Below, in pieces: positions 1-64,000 of a DNA stretch of 64,000 bases; position 1 is the first letter of the stretch; each line of letters begins with the position of its first letter. The stretch comes from the human T2T-CHM13v2.0 reference genome, Homo sapiens, in NCBI RefSeq assembly GCF_009914755.1, contig NC_060927.1; one strand, 5' to 3'. The position numbers and the translations under genes are program-made. Below the pieces are notes generated by a model. That model ran no database searches. It had not been told where the DNA came from and saw nothing but the letters and a program-made list of their open reading frames with translations.

Positions 1-115
1 AGTGGGAGAATTGCTTGAGCTCAGAAATTTGAGGCTATAGTGAACTACGATTGCACCATGGCACTCCAGACTGGGCAACAAAGTGAGATCCTGTCTCTTA
101 AATAATAAGAAGAAA
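1..115 (+). mobile_element. Alu right-arm fragment (AluJ-like), cut by the window edge
   Basis: gggagaattgcttgagc...gcactccagactgggcaac...ctgtctct plus A-rich tail. Confidence 0.85.
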
Positions 116-360
116 ACAAAATTAAAGTATTCAATACTTAAAGGCTGTCTTTAATCTCATGAAATCAAAACTGGGTAGAATTTTATTTCTTGACCAGTTT
201 AAATAAAAAATATAGATAAATTTAGCATTTTTTTTAGCTCTGCCATCCCAAAAGAATAATTTGTGTCAAAAATCATGTCAATTGAAATTGTGATCTGCTT
301 TTTAAAGTTAAACTGTTACATAACTGTAAAGCATCATCATATCCCAAAGATTAGACTTAC

Positions 361-60343
<59,983 letters not shown>

Positions 60344-60630
60344 CTGAAAGTGGGAGGAGACAGAGTTGAGTCAGGTTATTTTCCCACAAAAATACAATCC
60401 AACATCTATTTAACTTGGATATCAATGAAAAAGCAACCAAGACATTTTTTTTTTAGAAAGGAGAACATTCCTCAACATTGATTCAAAATTTGAAAACAAA
60501 AAGAAAAAAATGTAACAAATTAGACTACATAAAATAAAAATCTTTGTGTGGCAAAGTAATAAGAAAAAAATAATGACAAATTCAGAAGCAAATTTGAAAC
60601 TTACATTACAGATAAAAGGTTAATATTCCC

Positions 60631-60946
<316 letters not shown>

Positions 60947-61476
60947 CTAATAGATAAAGAGTTCCTTTTAAAAACAGATCTCCAGCAAATAACTGTATAG
61001 CAAAATTGCTAGATATTGTCACTTCACACACACACACACACACAAACACAAACACAAGTGGTGTGTTAAGTGTCTGCAAAGCTGTTCATTCTTACCCATG
61101 ATAAGAGAAATGAAAGTTCTTCCCTGCTTCCTGATTGCCTGCCTGCCTGCCTTTACTTCTTTTCTTCCTTATTCAGTCTTAAAGCTATTAGGGCCTGTGC
61201 AAGATAGGCATTCCTGCAGGGGGCTGGGTGGGGTGGCAGGCTGCTCTGGGGTATTGGATCCTAAGCAGGATGGAAGGGTGTTTACATGACCTGGTATAGG
61301 GTGTCAGAGCTTGAGCAAGGACAGAAGGGCCCCCATGGTGGCAGTGGCCCGCTGTGGGATGTTGGGACCCGAGCAAGGTGAAAAGGGTGTCTACATAGGA
61401 GTGGGATGAGGGGCAGTGGGAGCATCAGCGGTGATGAAAGATTGGTTGCATCCAGGCAGAAATGGTACAATAAGTA

Positions 61477-62162
61477 CAGTAGTCTCCTTTGATCTCCAGT
61501 TGAACTTTCCATGGTTTCGGTTACCTGCAGTCAACTGCAGTCAGAAAACATTAAGTGGACAATCCCAGAAATAAACAATGTATAAGTTTTCCAACTGTGC
61601 ACCATTCTGAGTAGTGATTAAATCTAGGGCTATGCGCTCCATCCCACCTGGAACAGAATCCATGCTTTATACACTCCCTGCTTGTCAGTCACCTGGGTAG
61701 TACCTTGCCTGTTGCAGTACCCCTGTGCTTGTTTCAGGTTACCCTCATTTTACTACTTGTGCCCCAAAGCACAAGAGTAGTAATGCTCGCAATTCAGTTA
61801 TATCAAAGAGAAGCAGCAAAGTGCTTCCTTTAAGTGAAAAGGTGAACGTTCTCGACTTAAAGAAAACAAAACTGTATGCTGAGGTTGCTAAGATCTATAG
61901 TAAGAACGAATCAACTATCTGTGAAGTTGTGAAGAAGGAAAAAGAAATTTGTGTTAGTTGTGCGTCGCACCTCAAACTGCAAACGTTACAACCACAGTGT
62001 GTAAGTGCTTAGATAACATGGTAAAGGCATTAAATGTGTGGGTGGAAGACAGGAACAGAAACGTGTTCCAAATGACGGTGATCAGACTCAGTACTACCCA
62101 TGGTTTCAGGCATCTACCTGGGGTCTTGGAATGTACCTCCCGCAGATAAGAGGGGACTCCTG
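61477..62162 (+). mobile_element. MER44 (Tigger7-derived TcMar DNA transposon)
   Basis: TA-flanked TIRs cagtagtctcctt / aggggactcctg; remnant transposase N-terminal HTH (VLPLSEKVNVLDL...YAEVAKIYSKNES). Confidence 0.85.
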
Positions 62163-62169
62163 TAGATAA

Positions 62170-63385
62170 AATGACGTTAATCAGCCAGGTTTCTCACTGA
62201 AGAAAGGAAGTTACAAATAGAGAAAGAGATACAACTACAATAAACCCTGTGATAGTAGATTCCAATGAAAAATATCAATGTACTAGATAGAGAGAAACAA
62301 TATAGATGTAAGTATGTGTGATTATAAGAATATATAAACATGTTTGCTAGTCTTCTTGTTTATACACCAATAGTAATGAGCACATCCAGTGCCCAAAGTT
62401 TGGTTTCTAAATTCCCTTTCTCCCAATAAAAAGGTTTCCTTAGAGAGAGGACTGAGTACAGGCTGCGCCAAGAAAAGTATAATATAAGCTAGAACATCTT
62501 CTTGTGCCATTAAGTAAAGAAATGCTCAAAGAATGTTGGGGACATATTACAAAAATATCAAAGCCAACTTTAAAGGGCTCTCACTGCCTAAATCTGTAAC
62601 AATTTGAACATCAAAGTAAATAATGATAAGAAAGAACTATAACCATCAAATAAAATAAGGATTTATGAGTCCATAATGACTTCAGTAAATGAATAAATAA
62701 ATAAGGAGAAGAGACAGGTTTTCCTTGCAGCAAAATGGCAACTAATTAATGTAGAAGGAGAGATAACATTAGAAAAGTCATCATTTGGCAACTATCAAAG
62801 TAATAATTAATTTGGCCAAGAAACATCAATGTATACTAAAACTAGTGGGTGAAAAATTGATGAAGATGGTTTATTTATATCATCTCAAAGTATCTCTCAA
62901 CAAAATAACCATTAATTACAAAGAGGAAAATAATAAATTTGCAATGGAGAAACCTGGCAGATACCATTTAATTAAGTAATATAAGTTAACATCACCAGTA
63001 ATAGGACAAATTGAAATTATGTACCATCTGAGAGGAAGCAGTGAAAACACAGCATCATGTTGTGATATTCCAGCCAAAAATGCATAACCTGAATTTAACC
63101 ATGAGGCAACATCAGAAAATTCAAACTGAAGGACATTCTATAAAATAACCAGAGTCAGAAGAGTCAAAGTCACAGAATTCAACTAAAAATTGAAGATTAA
63201 AGAGACATGGCAAACAAGAGCATTGTGTAATTCTGTATCTCTTTTCTATTAGAACATTATTGAGACAACTGGCAAAACACGAACGAGGTCTGACCATTAG
63301 TTGGGAGAAATGCATCAATATTAACTTCCTGGTTGCACAGTCCTTCATGTAGGAAAATGTCTTTGTCTTTCAGAAATACACAGTA
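62170..63385 (+). mobile_element. L1MC4-like 3'UTR remnant
   Basis: caatggagaaacctggcagatacc...aagttaacatcaccagtaat...atgcataacctgaat. Confidence 0.7.
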
Positions 63386-63387
63386 GA

Positions 63388-64000
<613 letters not shown>

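Noticed and set aside
61725-62012. HTH-like ORF as a domesticated transposase
   Set aside because: Short N-terminal remnant inside a non-autonomous MER44 element; no DDE domain.

Overview
Primate, almost certainly human, genomic DNA with no prokaryotic features and no CRISPR. The window covers the middle and 3' part of one minus-strand gene, the P5B-type ATPase ATP13A4 (3q29 from recall). I mapped 20 coding exons by hand. All have GT-AG boundaries and compatible phases, and they splice into one uninterrupted 2489-nt frame of about residues 270-1099 (probably exons 9-28; numbering from recall). The frame contains TGES, PPALP, DKTGTLT, KGAPE, TGDN and GDGANDCG. The introns are mostly transposon-derived: a ~15 kb multi-layer nested L1/Alu stack in the 19-kb intron, about 20 Alus including two Ya5-lineage copies, MER11 and LTR10-like solo LTRs, and hAT and Tigger DNA elements. 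Repeat subfamily calls are from recalled consensus sequences, not a search. I found no evidence of a new multi-gene biological system. The best second-look items are an unidentified TSD-flanked, polyadenylated retro-insert (35698-36062), three candidate cassette exons in one short intron (30246-30558), a perfect 19-bp cruciform (26544-26584), and the young nested and inverted Alus.
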